Below are positions 53,473 to 61,834 of a DNA stretch of 64,000 nt, piece after piece. The position numbers and the translations under genes are program-made. Origin of the DNA: an uncultured Pseudomonadota bacterium. GTDB lineage: Bacteria; SAR324; NAC60-12. The first letter of the stretch is position 1. The number at the start of each line of letters is the position of its first letter. The notes below the pieces were generated by a model that was not told the origin of the DNA, did no database searches, and saw only the letters and a program-made list of their open reading frames with translations. Location of the stretch: positions 2,117 through 66,116 of the forward strand of contig CAYFLK010000002.1 of the NCBI GenBank assembly GCA_964344035.1, in the 5' to 3' direction.

Positions 53473-54372
53473 ATGCCTGTCCAACTTGCCGTCGCCCCAA
53501 TCGCCTGGTCCAACAGCGACCTGCCGGAACTGGGGGGAGAAACATCACTGGAAACCTGCCTCAAAGAAACTCGTGAGGCGGGGTTCACCGGTACGGAAAC
53601 CGGGATCAAATATCCCATGGACCCGAAGGAACTCGGTCCGCTGCTAATAACTTATGATCTGCAGCTGGCTTCCGGATGGTTTTCCGGGACCTTGCTTGAA
53701 TGCAGTGTCGACGAGGAGTTTGAAAACCTCCAGGAAATGCTTAATACCTTCAAGGCGCTGAAAGCCCCGGTGATAATCTACGCGGAAACAAGCGGCAGCG
53801 TACAATCCCTGAAAGAAATCCCGGTTTCCCAAAGGCCGGTTATGCCTGATTCTGAATTTCCGCGATACGGGCGCAAACTGACCGAACTCGCGGACCGCAT
53901 GGCAGAATACGGAGTGCCGATGGCTTATCACCACCACATGGGTACGGTGATTGAAACCGAGAGGGAAATCGATCTGCTGATGGATAATACCGGCCCTAAC
54001 GTCGGCCTGCTCATCGATACCGGGCATCTCGCATTCGCGGGCGGGGAGATTGAGTCCGTTACCCGAAGACACGGACCGCGCATCAATCATGTACACTGCA
54101 AGGACGTGCGACGGGAAGTTTTCCAGCGCGTCCGTGGAGAAGACATGAGTTTCCTTGATGCAGTGCTTGAAGGGGTCTTCACCGTCCCCGGAGACGGATT
54201 CATAAATTTCGGCAGTTTTGCTCAAGTGTTGTCGGAAATCGATTACTCCGGATGGGTTGTCGTCGAAGCGGAACAGGATCCGGAGGAAGCAAACCCGCTG
54301 GAATATTCAAGGATGGGGCATCAGCACTTGAGCCTCGCCCTGCGGCGGGCGGATGTTCAAATCATCAGCTGA
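53473..54372 (+). CDS. iolE: myo-inosose-2 dehydratase
   Basis: Begins MPVQLAVAPIAWSNSDLPELGGE, the typical IolE N-terminus. Xylose-isomerase-like TIM barrel. Length 299 aa. Confidence 0.85.
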   Translation: MPVQLAVAPIAWSNSDLPELGGETSLETCLKETREAGFTGTETGIKYPMDPKELGPLLITYDLQLASGWFSGTLLECSVDEEFENLQEMLNTFKALKAPVIIYAETSGSVQSLKEIPVSQRPVMPDSEFPRYGRKLTELADRMAEYGVPMAYHHHMGTVIETEREIDLLMDNTGPNVGLLIDTGHLAFAGGEIESVTRRHGPRINHVHCKDVRREVFQRVRGEDMSFLDAVLEGVFTVPGDGFINFGSFAQVLSEIDYSGWVVVEAEQDPEEANPLEYSRMGHQHLSLALRRADVQIIS

Positions 54373-54476
54373 CACTTGCGCGGTTGATTGCTCTTTTAAG
54401 CAACCGTCTATATGAAGCTCAGGGCGTTAATAATTTTGTGGACGGATTCAAAGCGGGGTTCCAATATCTGAAATCG

Positions 54477-55964
54477 TCAAGGAAATCGTCCTTCTTCGAT
54501 GAGCAAGTTTTTGAGCAGTTCAGGGCGCCCCAGGTTAAGCATGTCCGTGCCGGCTTCCGCGAGTTTCTTTATAACCCTTTTGCTGGAACTCATATGAAAC
54601 GGCATGGACATGATCCCCGCTTCCCGGCATTCTTCGAGTTCTGTTTGAGTGAACTTCAACCCATTGAATTCGATGACCTGCGGCTGGTGTCTTTTAATTG
54701 CGGTTTCTAAATCAGGAAAATCGTAACGGCGAGCCATCAAACGTACATCCGCATTGAGTTTGCGTAATTTGTCCATGGTCAATAAGTCTTCGCACCAGAA
54801 AAAGCAGTCCTCGAGCATTTCAAAGTTAAGAACCAAGTCAAGCACGGCTTTTGCTTCCGCCTCCTTGATCTCGATATAGACACCCCCACGCCCTTTTACG
54901 CGATCAAGAACATCCTCCAGCCGGGGAACCGGTTCCCCGGCAAAAAAAGGGTCGAACCAGCTGCCGGCGTCCAGCTTTGACACTTCGCTGTAATTCATTT
55001 TTTTGACGGCGCCGCGGCCATTTGTCGTCCGGTTTGCCGAACGGTCATGCATCACTATAGGTACGCCATCCCTGGTTTGCCGAACATCTATTTCAACGAT
55101 GTCAAACTCCTGGTCGAAGGCCAAATCGACGGCAGAGAGAGTATTTTCCGGGGCAAAGCTTTCCGCTCCTCGGTGGCAAACTATCTGTGGACGGTTGAGA
55201 ATATCAGGGTTAGAAGGGAACGGCGTCAGCAGTTCCGGCTTATCGCTGCATATTCCCAGAACCGGCAGTCCGAGGAGGTCCCGCAAGACTTCCGGACGCT
55301 CCTCGTGCCAAAGCACCATTTCAAATCCCGATTCCCGTGTCCGTGAAAGCAATTCAGGAGTGATCAATTCCTGGGGCTTGTCGCGGGCGTTTTCCCATGA
55401 AGGATGGATTATGTCGGCCCCGGAAGTTTGAGCCAGGAAAAATGGATCCTCACCTGTCGGCACAAGTACCGAAAGCGGATATTCACATCGCGCTTTGTGC
55501 AGCTGAAGCAGGTCTTGAGGACGAAAAGACCCAATTACCGCAAAGTCCAGCCCCTGCCTGCGCAGTTCACTCCATACAGACAGTCCGGCGTCTTCTCCCT
55601 TGATTTCAGCATAGATGCCGACATTCATGTCACAGGCAAGTTCGACTACTTCCTTAAAAGAAGGTATCGTCCCTCCCTTGATCAATGGAAGCCGCTGTAT
55701 CCGGCTCCAGGGTGATTTGCTGAGCACCAGGTTTTTGCCTGTTAAACGGAACAGGTTGTCATCGTGACAGACCACACAGACGGCATCTTGAGTGAGCCGC
55801 ACATCAACTTCCCACATGTCCGCACCCAATTCGCCCGCGACCCTGAATGCCCGCAGAGTGTTTTCCGCCGCCCATGCCGAAGCTCCACGATGCGCTATGG
55901 CCAGCGGACGCCTGCCACGTTTTGCGAGTATATTGCGAAGCAGTTTATGACGCTGCAATTTCAC
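54477..55964 (-). CDS. Cytoplasmic protein with two tandem glycerophosphodiester phosphodiesterase (GDPD) domains
   Basis: Two copies of the GDPD signature. Copy 1 is IAHRGASAWAAENTLRAF...EVDVRLTQDAVCVVCHDDNL. Copy 2 is VCHRGAESFAPENTLSAV...EIDVRQTRDGVPIVMHDRS. There is no signal peptide. Confidence 0.85.
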   Translation of the reverse strand: MKLQRHKLLRNILAKRGRRPLAIAHRGASAWAAENTLRAFRVAGELGADMWEVDVRLTQDAVCVVCHDDNLFRLTGKNLVLSKSPWSRIQRLPLIKGGTIPSFKEVVELACDMNVGIYAEIKGEDAGLSVWSELRRQGLDFAVIGSFRPQDLLQLHKARCEYPLSVLVPTGEDPFFLAQTSGADIIHPSWENARDKPQELITPELLSRTRESGFEMVLWHEERPEVLRDLLGLPVLGICSDKPELLTPFPSNPDILNRPQIVCHRGAESFAPENTLSAVDLAFDQEFDIVEIDVRQTRDGVPIVMHDRSANRTTNGRGAVKKMNYSEVSKLDAGSWFDPFFAGEPVPRLEDVLDRVKGRGGVYIEIKEAEAKAVLDLVLNFEMLEDCFFWCEDLLTMDKLRKLNADVRLMARRYDFPDLETAIKRHQPQVIEFNGLKFTQTELEECREAGIMSMPFHMSSSKRVIKKLAEAGTDMLNLGRPELLKNLLIEEGRFP

Positions 55965-57022
55965 AAACGTTTGCCGGATTCGTCAAAGAAGAGAAGTTGC
56001 TCAGGATGGACTCCCCAGTCAACTTTGGATCCCGGGGCTATAGAATGTAAAGCGGCAGGTTGAATCGAGCGCAGGAGGCTTCCATCCTGCAAACGGACAT
56101 CATACAGGTTTTCACGGCCCTGCACTTCCACAAAGGAAATGGTCCCTGAAATAGTGTGCGGGTTTTTGGGCTGGTAGTATTCAGGCCGGATGCCGATTCT
56201 GATCGGGGAGCCTTCCGCGGGTGTTTCAAAGTGATCCGGTATAGGCAGTGAGCATGCCCCTCCATCAATATGAACTGCACCTGCGGAAACGGTGCCCTGT
56301 AAAAAAGCTATCGGCGGATTGCCAAGGAAGCCGGCGACGAAATCATTTGCGGGGCGCCGATACATCTCTGCGGGAGAAGCTACCTGCAGGATCTGTCCGT
56401 CTTTCATGATCGCGATGCGGTCGCTCATGCTCATTGCTTCCACCTGGTCATGGGTGACAAGGACGGCCGAAATCCCGGTTTCCACCTGGACCCGTCTTAT
56501 TTCAGAGCGCATTTCCAGCCGCAGCTTGGCGTCGAGGTTTGCCAGCGGTTCATCCAGGAGCAGGGCGCCGGGCTTCCGGACCAGGGCGCGGGCGAGGGCG
56601 ACACGTTGCTGCTGTCCTCCGGACAGTTGTTCCGGCCGGCGGTCCAGCAGATCTTCAATATGAACCAGTTCCGCCATTTCCCCGACTTTTATTTTCACCG
56701 TGCGTTTGTCCTCGCGGCGTACGGTCAGGGGAAAAGCAATGTTTTGGGCCACCGTCATGTGCGGATAGAGGGCATAGGATTGAAACACGACGCCGATATT
56801 GCGCCGCTGAGTCGGCACCCGGGTGACATCCCGGCCGGCGAAAAGAACACGCCCCTCATCGACCTGGTGAATCCCGCAGATGGCAAAAAGGGTAGTGGAT
56901 TTGCCGCATCCGGACGGTCCGAGCAAAGCCAGCATTTCCCCCTCCTTGATATTCAGGTTCATCTTTTCAATCACGGTTACATCACCAAACCGTTTAGTGA
57001 AATTTTCCAACAGGATTTCCAT
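55961..57022 (-). CDS. CUT1-type ABC transporter ATPase (UgpC/MalK-like)
   Basis: Walker A GPSGCGKST, signature LSGGQQQRVALARAL, Walker B LLLDEPL, and a C-terminal regulatory domain. It overlaps neighbouring genes by 1-4 nt. Confidence 0.9.
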   Translation of the reverse strand: MEILLENFTKRFGDVTVIEKMNLNIKEGEMLALLGPSGCGKSTTLFAICGIHQVDEGRVLFAGRDVTRVPTQRRNIGVVFQSYALYPHMTVAQNIAFPLTVRREDKRTVKIKVGEMAELVHIEDLLDRRPEQLSGGQQQRVALARALVRKPGALLLDEPLANLDAKLRLEMRSEIRRVQVETGISAVLVTHDQVEAMSMSDRIAIMKDGQILQVASPAEMYRRPANDFVAGFLGNPPIAFLQGTVSAGAVHIDGGACSLPIPDHFETPAEGSPIRIGIRPEYYQPKNPHTISGTISFVEVQGRENLYDVRLQDGSLLRSIQPAALHSIAPGSKVDWGVHPEQLLFFDESGKRL

Positions 57023-57849
57023 CAGCCCTTTGTTCCTCCACCGTATATGTTCATCAGCTTGTCTTGAAAAAACAGGTAAAAGATGATTACCGGTGTTGCG
57101 TAAAACAGGCCCACCGATTTGAAGAGGTTGAAGTCAAAATGCTGGTCGTCCTGAATCAAAGATGCGAGAAAGACCGAGAGTACCTGGACATCATTCGCCG
57201 GTGCAAGGACGGTCGGCAAAATATATTCACTCCAACCCTCCAGGAATGAAAAAAGACCAAGCGCGAACAATCCCGGCCGAACTTGCGGCAGCACCAAACG
57301 ATACCAAACCGTTAGACGGCCGGCGCCATCCTGGATTCCGGCCATTTCGATTTCCCAGGGCACAGTGTCATAAAACCCCTTCATTATCCAAACTCCCAGA
57401 GGCAGCTGCAGGGAAGCCTTGACCAGGATCACTCCGACGAGAGTGTTGTAAAGCCCGACAATCTGTAAGATAAGGAATATCGCGATGATCAAAGTAATGG
57501 AGGGAAAAGCGTGTAGCATCAGGATCCCGGCCAGAAAATGTTTGCGGAAGGGAATGTTCAACCTGGAAAGAGCATAAGCCGATGTGGAAGAGGTGGCCAA
57601 AACGATCAATGTGACGGAACTCGCGAATATCATCGTATTGAGCATTGCCAGCCATACGCTCGCTTTGCCTTCGATGTTTACCCATAAAAACCTCCAGTGT
57701 TCCAAAGTGAAGCGGTTTGGGGTCAATTCTCCCGGAGGCGTGTCCGTGACCGTATCGACAAACAGCGACACATACATGATGATGATGGGAACCGTGGCCA
57801 GTCCTAAACCGACCAGGATCGGCCAATTTTTATAATTAAGCGTCCTCAT
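57022..57849 (-). CDS. CUT1 ABC transporter permease (UgpE/MalG-like)
   Basis: Six TM segments and an EAA-like loop (...EIEMAGIQDGAGRLTVWYRLVLPQVRPG). Confidence 0.85.
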   Translation of the reverse strand: MRTLNYKNWPILVGLGLATVPIIIMYVSLFVDTVTDTPPGELTPNRFTLEHWRFLWVNIEGKASVWLAMLNTMIFASSVTLIVLATSSTSAYALSRLNIPFRKHFLAGILMLHAFPSITLIIAIFLILQIVGLYNTLVGVILVKASLQLPLGVWIMKGFYDTVPWEIEMAGIQDGAGRLTVWYRLVLPQVRPGLFALGLFSFLEGWSEYILPTVLAPANDVQVLSVFLASLIQDDQHFDFNLFKSVGLFYATPVIIFYLFFQDKLMNIYGGGTKG

Positions 57850-57855
57850 GGGGTG

Positions 57856-58941
57856 TTACTGCTCAATCCGCGGAGGTCTGACAAGTTCGTTGAAACGGAA
57901 GAAACGAAGGTAAATCAAAGACATTATCACTCCCACCACCACCAGCACCAGCGCGAGCGCGGCGCCGTAACCATATTGCAGATTGCCCCAGTAATTATCC
58001 AGGGCACTGTGATACGCAGCAAGTGCCCAGACTTCCGTGGAAGATCCGGGGCCTCCGTCAGTGGACAGGAAAATCTGCTCAAAAGAAGTCAGCAGAGATA
58101 ATGTTTGATAAACCGTGACAAAAAGTATCGGCCATCTGATCTGGGGCAGGATAATATGCCTGATCTGCTGCCAACGGCCGGCCCCATCAACTTCACTGGC
58201 ATACAGCATCTGTTTGGGAATGGCCTTGATGGCGCTGGAAAACAGGATCATGCCCATGGAAACCCCGATGAAACCGTTGATCAGAATTACTGTTACCCAT
58301 GCGTTGACAGCGGTGTCCAGCATCCAGTTACGTGGAGTAACACCAAAATAAGTAACAATGGCATTGATGAAACCCGTGTCCCAGGTCAGCCATTTCCAAA
58401 GGAGGACATACAATACCGATGGAGTGATTTTGGGAAGAAACCAAAGGGACCGAAAGATTCCGGCCTGCCTTTTAGGCAGATAAAAAGTGGTGACGGCCAG
58501 AACCAGTGCGAAGCCGATGTTGAACAGTACAAGTGTCAGGGTGACATAAATGCCGGTATTGAGCAGGATTTGCTTGTTTTCCGGTAGTACAACCATTTTG
58601 CGAAAGTTCTCACCGGTCCATTTCCAGCCGGTGTAACTTGCGCTTACCAATTGGCTAGTCTGTTCCTGGGTCAGTCCCAGGTCCATTTCTTCCAGGGATC
58701 GAATCAGTTCTTTTTCAGTGGCAAATCGAACCTTGATCAATGATTTTTTGAAATGCGGCGAAAGAATCGAGGGGGTGATCTGGTACGAGCCTCCGGTGAT
58801 GCCGGTGGCGGTACTCATGTTGGTGAAGGAAAAAACACCCGTCAGGATCACCGGTGTGAGGAAGAAAAGAACAACCAGGACGAGTGCGGGCGTGATCAAT
58901 AAATATCCGATTTTACTTCTTGACCCCATCCGCATCGTCAT
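57856..58941 (-). CDS. CUT1 ABC transporter permease (UgpA/MalF-like) with an enlarged periplasmic loop
   Basis: EAA-like loop (YASEVDGAGRWQQIRHIILPQIRWP). An extra N-terminal TM helix and a loop of about 90 aa. Confidence 0.85.
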   Translation of the reverse strand: MTMRMGSRSKIGYLLITPALVLVVLFFLTPVILTGVFSFTNMSTATGITGGSYQITPSILSPHFKKSLIKVRFATEKELIRSLEEMDLGLTQEQTSQLVSASYTGWKWTGENFRKMVVLPENKQILLNTGIYVTLTLVLFNIGFALVLAVTTFYLPKRQAGIFRSLWFLPKITPSVLYVLLWKWLTWDTGFINAIVTYFGVTPRNWMLDTAVNAWVTVILINGFIGVSMGMILFSSAIKAIPKQMLYASEVDGAGRWQQIRHIILPQIRWPILFVTVYQTLSLLTSFEQIFLSTDGGPGSSTEVWALAAYHSALDNYWGNLQYGYGAALALVLVVVGVIMSLIYLRFFRFNELVRPPRIEQ

Positions 58942-59054
58942 AACTCCAAACCCATCATCACCCGCAAATTTCGGAAAGCAAAATTATAAAGGTTTGTCAA
59001 CTTCAGCACTGCTCGAGGTTGAAGAGCCCGGCTTCAGTCGTCCGGAATCCGCAT

Positions 59055-59092
59055 TGAGAAACAAAACCGCCGGGCGGAAACTCCGGCGGTTT
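59055..59092 (-). terminator. Rho-independent terminator/attenuator after the binding-protein gene
   Basis: The minus strand reads AAACCGCCGG-agtttccgc-CCGGCGGTTT, followed by TGTTTCTC. This is a 10-bp perfect GC-rich stem with a T-rich tail, 13 nt after the SBP stop. Confidence 0.55.
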
Positions 59093-59104
59093 ATGGGGTG
59101 GATA

Positions 59105-60451
59105 TTAGCGTATAATGATATCGCCGCCAAGGTTTGCGCGCAATTCAGATTCTACATCGGCGACAGCTTTTTCAGGGGACTTCTGTCCCGTCCATGCGGC
59201 TTCAAGCCCTTTCCACATGGCATCGAAATAAGGCGAAAAACCGGTGTGGTTGGGCTGTGCGCTGGCAAATGGCAGCAGGCGCTCGGTTGCTTCACTGGCC
59301 CAGCGGTCATTCGCGTAAAGCGAAACGCCCTTCTGAGACTTGGTGATGCCCAGGTGCGCCGATTTTATCGCATGCAGTGTGTTGATGCGGGGTTCGGACG
59401 CGATGGCAACAAGCTGAGCGGCAATTTGCGCATCTTCCTCACTGCCGCGATTGGTCACAAGGTAGACTAGCGGATGAGTAATGGTGTTGGCTTTGCCTGT
59501 GTTGTCACCGGCGGGGATCAGGCTGAAAACGATATTGCCGAAGAAATCCTTCAAACCCTCCTTGCCTGTGTACCGTGCATAGTGCCAGGTGCCGCCATGC
59601 CAGAGGGCGGCTTTGCCGGAAGCCACCTCGGAATACCACTGATCCCAGGGAGTGCCGATATGATTTTTACGCGTGACTCCCATTTCCACTGCTTTGGCGA
59701 AGAACGCATAGAATTTTTTCATCGCTCCGCGGTCAAAAACCAGCTTGCCGGATTTTGCATCCAGCATTTCACCGCCAAAGGAAAGGTAGAACTGCCAGTA
59801 GTCACCTCCCTTGGAGACTCTCGGATACCACCCGTAACCGGGTTTCACCAGACCGGCATCCTGCACTTTCTTTGCATCATCAAGCACATCGTAAAGCGTG
59901 TATTCACCCCGCTCCACCTTGCCGGGAAGGGCGCGGATGTCTGCGTCACTGTAACCGATGGCTTTCATGTACGGGATCCAGGCGAAGAAAGGCCGGGATT
60001 CCGCATCCTGGGGGACACCGTAGATTGTGCCCTCAAACGAAGAGATTTCAACCAGGTTTTCAAAAAGGTCGTTCAACGGCCAGCTGTCGAAATCGACATA
60101 ATTCTCGATAGGCCGGATCAGTCCGGATTGCGACCATGGAGCGATGTCTTCATGACCGGTAACAACGATGTGTGGGGCTTTGTTCGCTTCCGCGGCCAGG
60201 GTCACAGCCTGCTTGAAACCGCCCCAGCCGTCAAAGTCGTACTTTCCTTCGACCGTGATATTCAGGTCTTCACCCCGTATCGCCGCTTCCTTCTCCAGGA
60301 TATCCGCGGCCATCGCGATGGCGTCAACCCGATATGAGTCGTTGACATTAGAGCCTCCGGCCCAAACTTGGATCGTAAGGTCCTTGGCCTGCACAGCGGG
60401 AGCAATCATGATTGCAGCCAGCATGCTCAGGATAATTCGTTTCAAGTTCAT
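59105..60451 (-). CDS. Extracellular solute-binding protein, family 1 (CUT1 SBP)
   Basis: Signal peptide MNLKRIILSMLAAIMIAPAVQA when started at Met-19 of the track ORF. An AAAAGGAAA RBS lies upstream. Length about 448 aa. Confidence 0.8.
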   Translation of the reverse strand: MNLKRIILSMLAAIMIAPAVQAKDLTIQVWAGGSNVNDSYRVDAIAMAADILEKEAAIRGEDLNITVEGKYDFDGWGGFKQAVTLAAEANKAPHIVVTGHEDIAPWSQSGLIRPIENYVDFDSWPLNDLFENLVEISSFEGTIYGVPQDAESRPFFAWIPYMKAIGYSDADIRALPGKVERGEYTLYDVLDDAKKVQDAGLVKPGYGWYPRVSKGGDYWQFYLSFGGEMLDAKSGKLVFDRGAMKKFYAFFAKAVEMGVTRKNHIGTPWDQWYSEVASGKAALWHGGTWHYARYTGKEGLKDFFGNIVFSLIPAGDNTGKANTITHPLVYLVTNRGSEEDAQIAAQLVAIASEPRINTLHAIKSAHLGITKSQKGVSLYANDRWASEATERLLPFASAQPNHTGFSPYFDAMWKGLEAAWTGQKSPEKAVADVESELRANLGGDIIIR

Positions 60452-60662
60452 AATTTCCTTTTTGGAAAAATGATTAGTGGTGGAAAAGTGCAAACACTTT
60501 TTCACCGAAGCGATGATAGAGCGGGATTCCCAATGAACCCTGCTCCTCTTACGGCCTGAAACGGGCCGGAAGTTGGATATAACTTTGTAATCAAGTTGCT
60601 TCTTAATGATGCGGTGTTGAAATTCAGATGGAATTGGTCTTTTGTTTAAAATGAGTTAGAGA

Positions 60663-61670
60663 TTACTCACACCGTTTCACCGATTTCCTTCCCACAAATT
60701 GGGGTAGGAATTGTTTCCTGATATCCTTGGTGGAGGCTCCATTGATCTCGGCCAAAAGAGTTTGTGCGCAGGCAGAGCCCATTTCATCAAAAGGCTGATG
60801 AATGGTGGTCAAGGGAGGATCCAAGTACCTGCCGAAACTGACATCGTCAAAACCGACCACGGAAATATCCTCCGGAATCCGAAGCCCTGCCTCCTTGATT
60901 GCCGCGTAGGTCCCCGTGGCCATCGAATCGTTAGCTACAAAAATCGCGCTTATCTTCCCCCTTGCCAGCAGCTCACGCGCGCATTCATACCCGCTTCCTT
61001 CCCGATAATCCCCCTCTATCAACCATTCACCCTGAAATGTTATGTCGTGCTGAGCCAATGCGCTAAGATATCCTGCAAGCCGGGCTTGTCCGGCAAAACA
61101 GTTTGATGGCCCGGATATATGAGCGATTTCATGGTGCCCATTTTGGGCAAGATGCATAGTGGCGATTCTTCCCCCTGTCTTGTTGTCCAGGTAAATACAA
61201 TGGTCTGAATACTCGGGCACATGCTTCCCCAGCACCACCATCTTGGTGCCCTGTTTGCTCCATTCCACCAATTGCTGACTCAATGTGTTTCGGAAATACA
61301 GCAGTAATGCATCACATCTTGCATCGATCATTGACTGGACGACCTGCTTTTCGCTGGCCTCGGTGCCGAAACCTGTGGAGACTACCATGTCATATCCGGC
61401 ATCACGGAGAACCTGTTCCAAGCTGATGAGAATGCTGGCGTTTGCCGGTGCACTGAAAGACTGAGTGTTGTGCAATACGACTCCGATCATGTGAGAACGG
61501 TCTGTTGCCAGGCTGCGTGCAAAGCGGTTGGGGCGGTACCCTAACTCATTCATTACTTTTTCCACCTTTTCCCGGGTCGCTGGAGAGACAACCTCGGGCT
61601 GGTTGATTACCCTGGAAACCGTTGCAGTGGAAACCCCCGCGTGTTTTGCTACTGATAAAACCGAGGCCAT
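60663..61670 (-). CDS. LacI/GalR-family transcriptional regulator
   Basis: HTH segment SVLSVAKHAGVSTATVSRVIN, followed by a periplasmic-binding-protein-like effector domain. Confidence 0.9.
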   Translation of the reverse strand: MASVLSVAKHAGVSTATVSRVINQPEVVSPATREKVEKVMNELGYRPNRFARSLATDRSHMIGVVLHNTQSFSAPANASILISLEQVLRDAGYDMVVSTGFGTEASEKQVVQSMIDARCDALLLYFRNTLSQQLVEWSKQGTKMVVLGKHVPEYSDHCIYLDNKTGGRIATMHLAQNGHHEIAHISGPSNCFAGQARLAGYLSALAQHDITFQGEWLIEGDYREGSGYECARELLARGKISAIFVANDSMATGTYAAIKEAGLRIPEDISVVGFDDVSFGRYLDPPLTTIHQPFDEMGSACAQTLLAEINGASTKDIRKQFLPQFVGRKSVKRCE

Positions 61671-61745
61671 TGGTGCTGGTGAAGCAGGTTCAATATCGGC
61701 TTACAGAAACTTGTGCCTTTGAATATAATATGTAACGTGTTATAT

Positions 61746-61765
61746 TAATGTAAGCGCTTACATTA
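61746..61765. promoter_or_regulatory. Perfect 20-bp palindrome TAATGTAAGCGCTTACATTA; LacI-family operator (cre-like TGTAAGCGCTTACA core)
   Basis: I verified all 10 base pairs of the dyad by hand. It is centred on CG and located between the divergent LacI gene (start 61670) and the URO-D-like gene (start 61835). Confidence 0.6.
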
Positions 61766-61834
61766 GTAATGTTTAACCTAGCAGGTTCAACACAGTCAAG
61801 CAAAAATTTTATTTTTTTAGGAAGGCAATTTGAA

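Noticed and set aside
53644-54225. 193-aa minus-strand ORF
   Set aside because: It is antisense to iolE.
56450-57067. 205-aa plus-strand ORF
   Set aside because: It is antisense to the UgpC-like ATPase gene.
58718-60337. Two long plus-strand ORFs (250 and 287 aa)
   Set aside because: They are antisense to the permease 5' end and to the solute-binding-protein gene. They have no motifs. The minus-strand products have a signal peptide and a family-typical layout.
61721-61745. A second LacI operator at ATATGTAACGTGTTATAT, next to the perfect palindrome
   Set aside because: The half-sites are not complementary when aligned on the central CG (ATGTAA versus ATAACA). It is at best a degenerate half-site.
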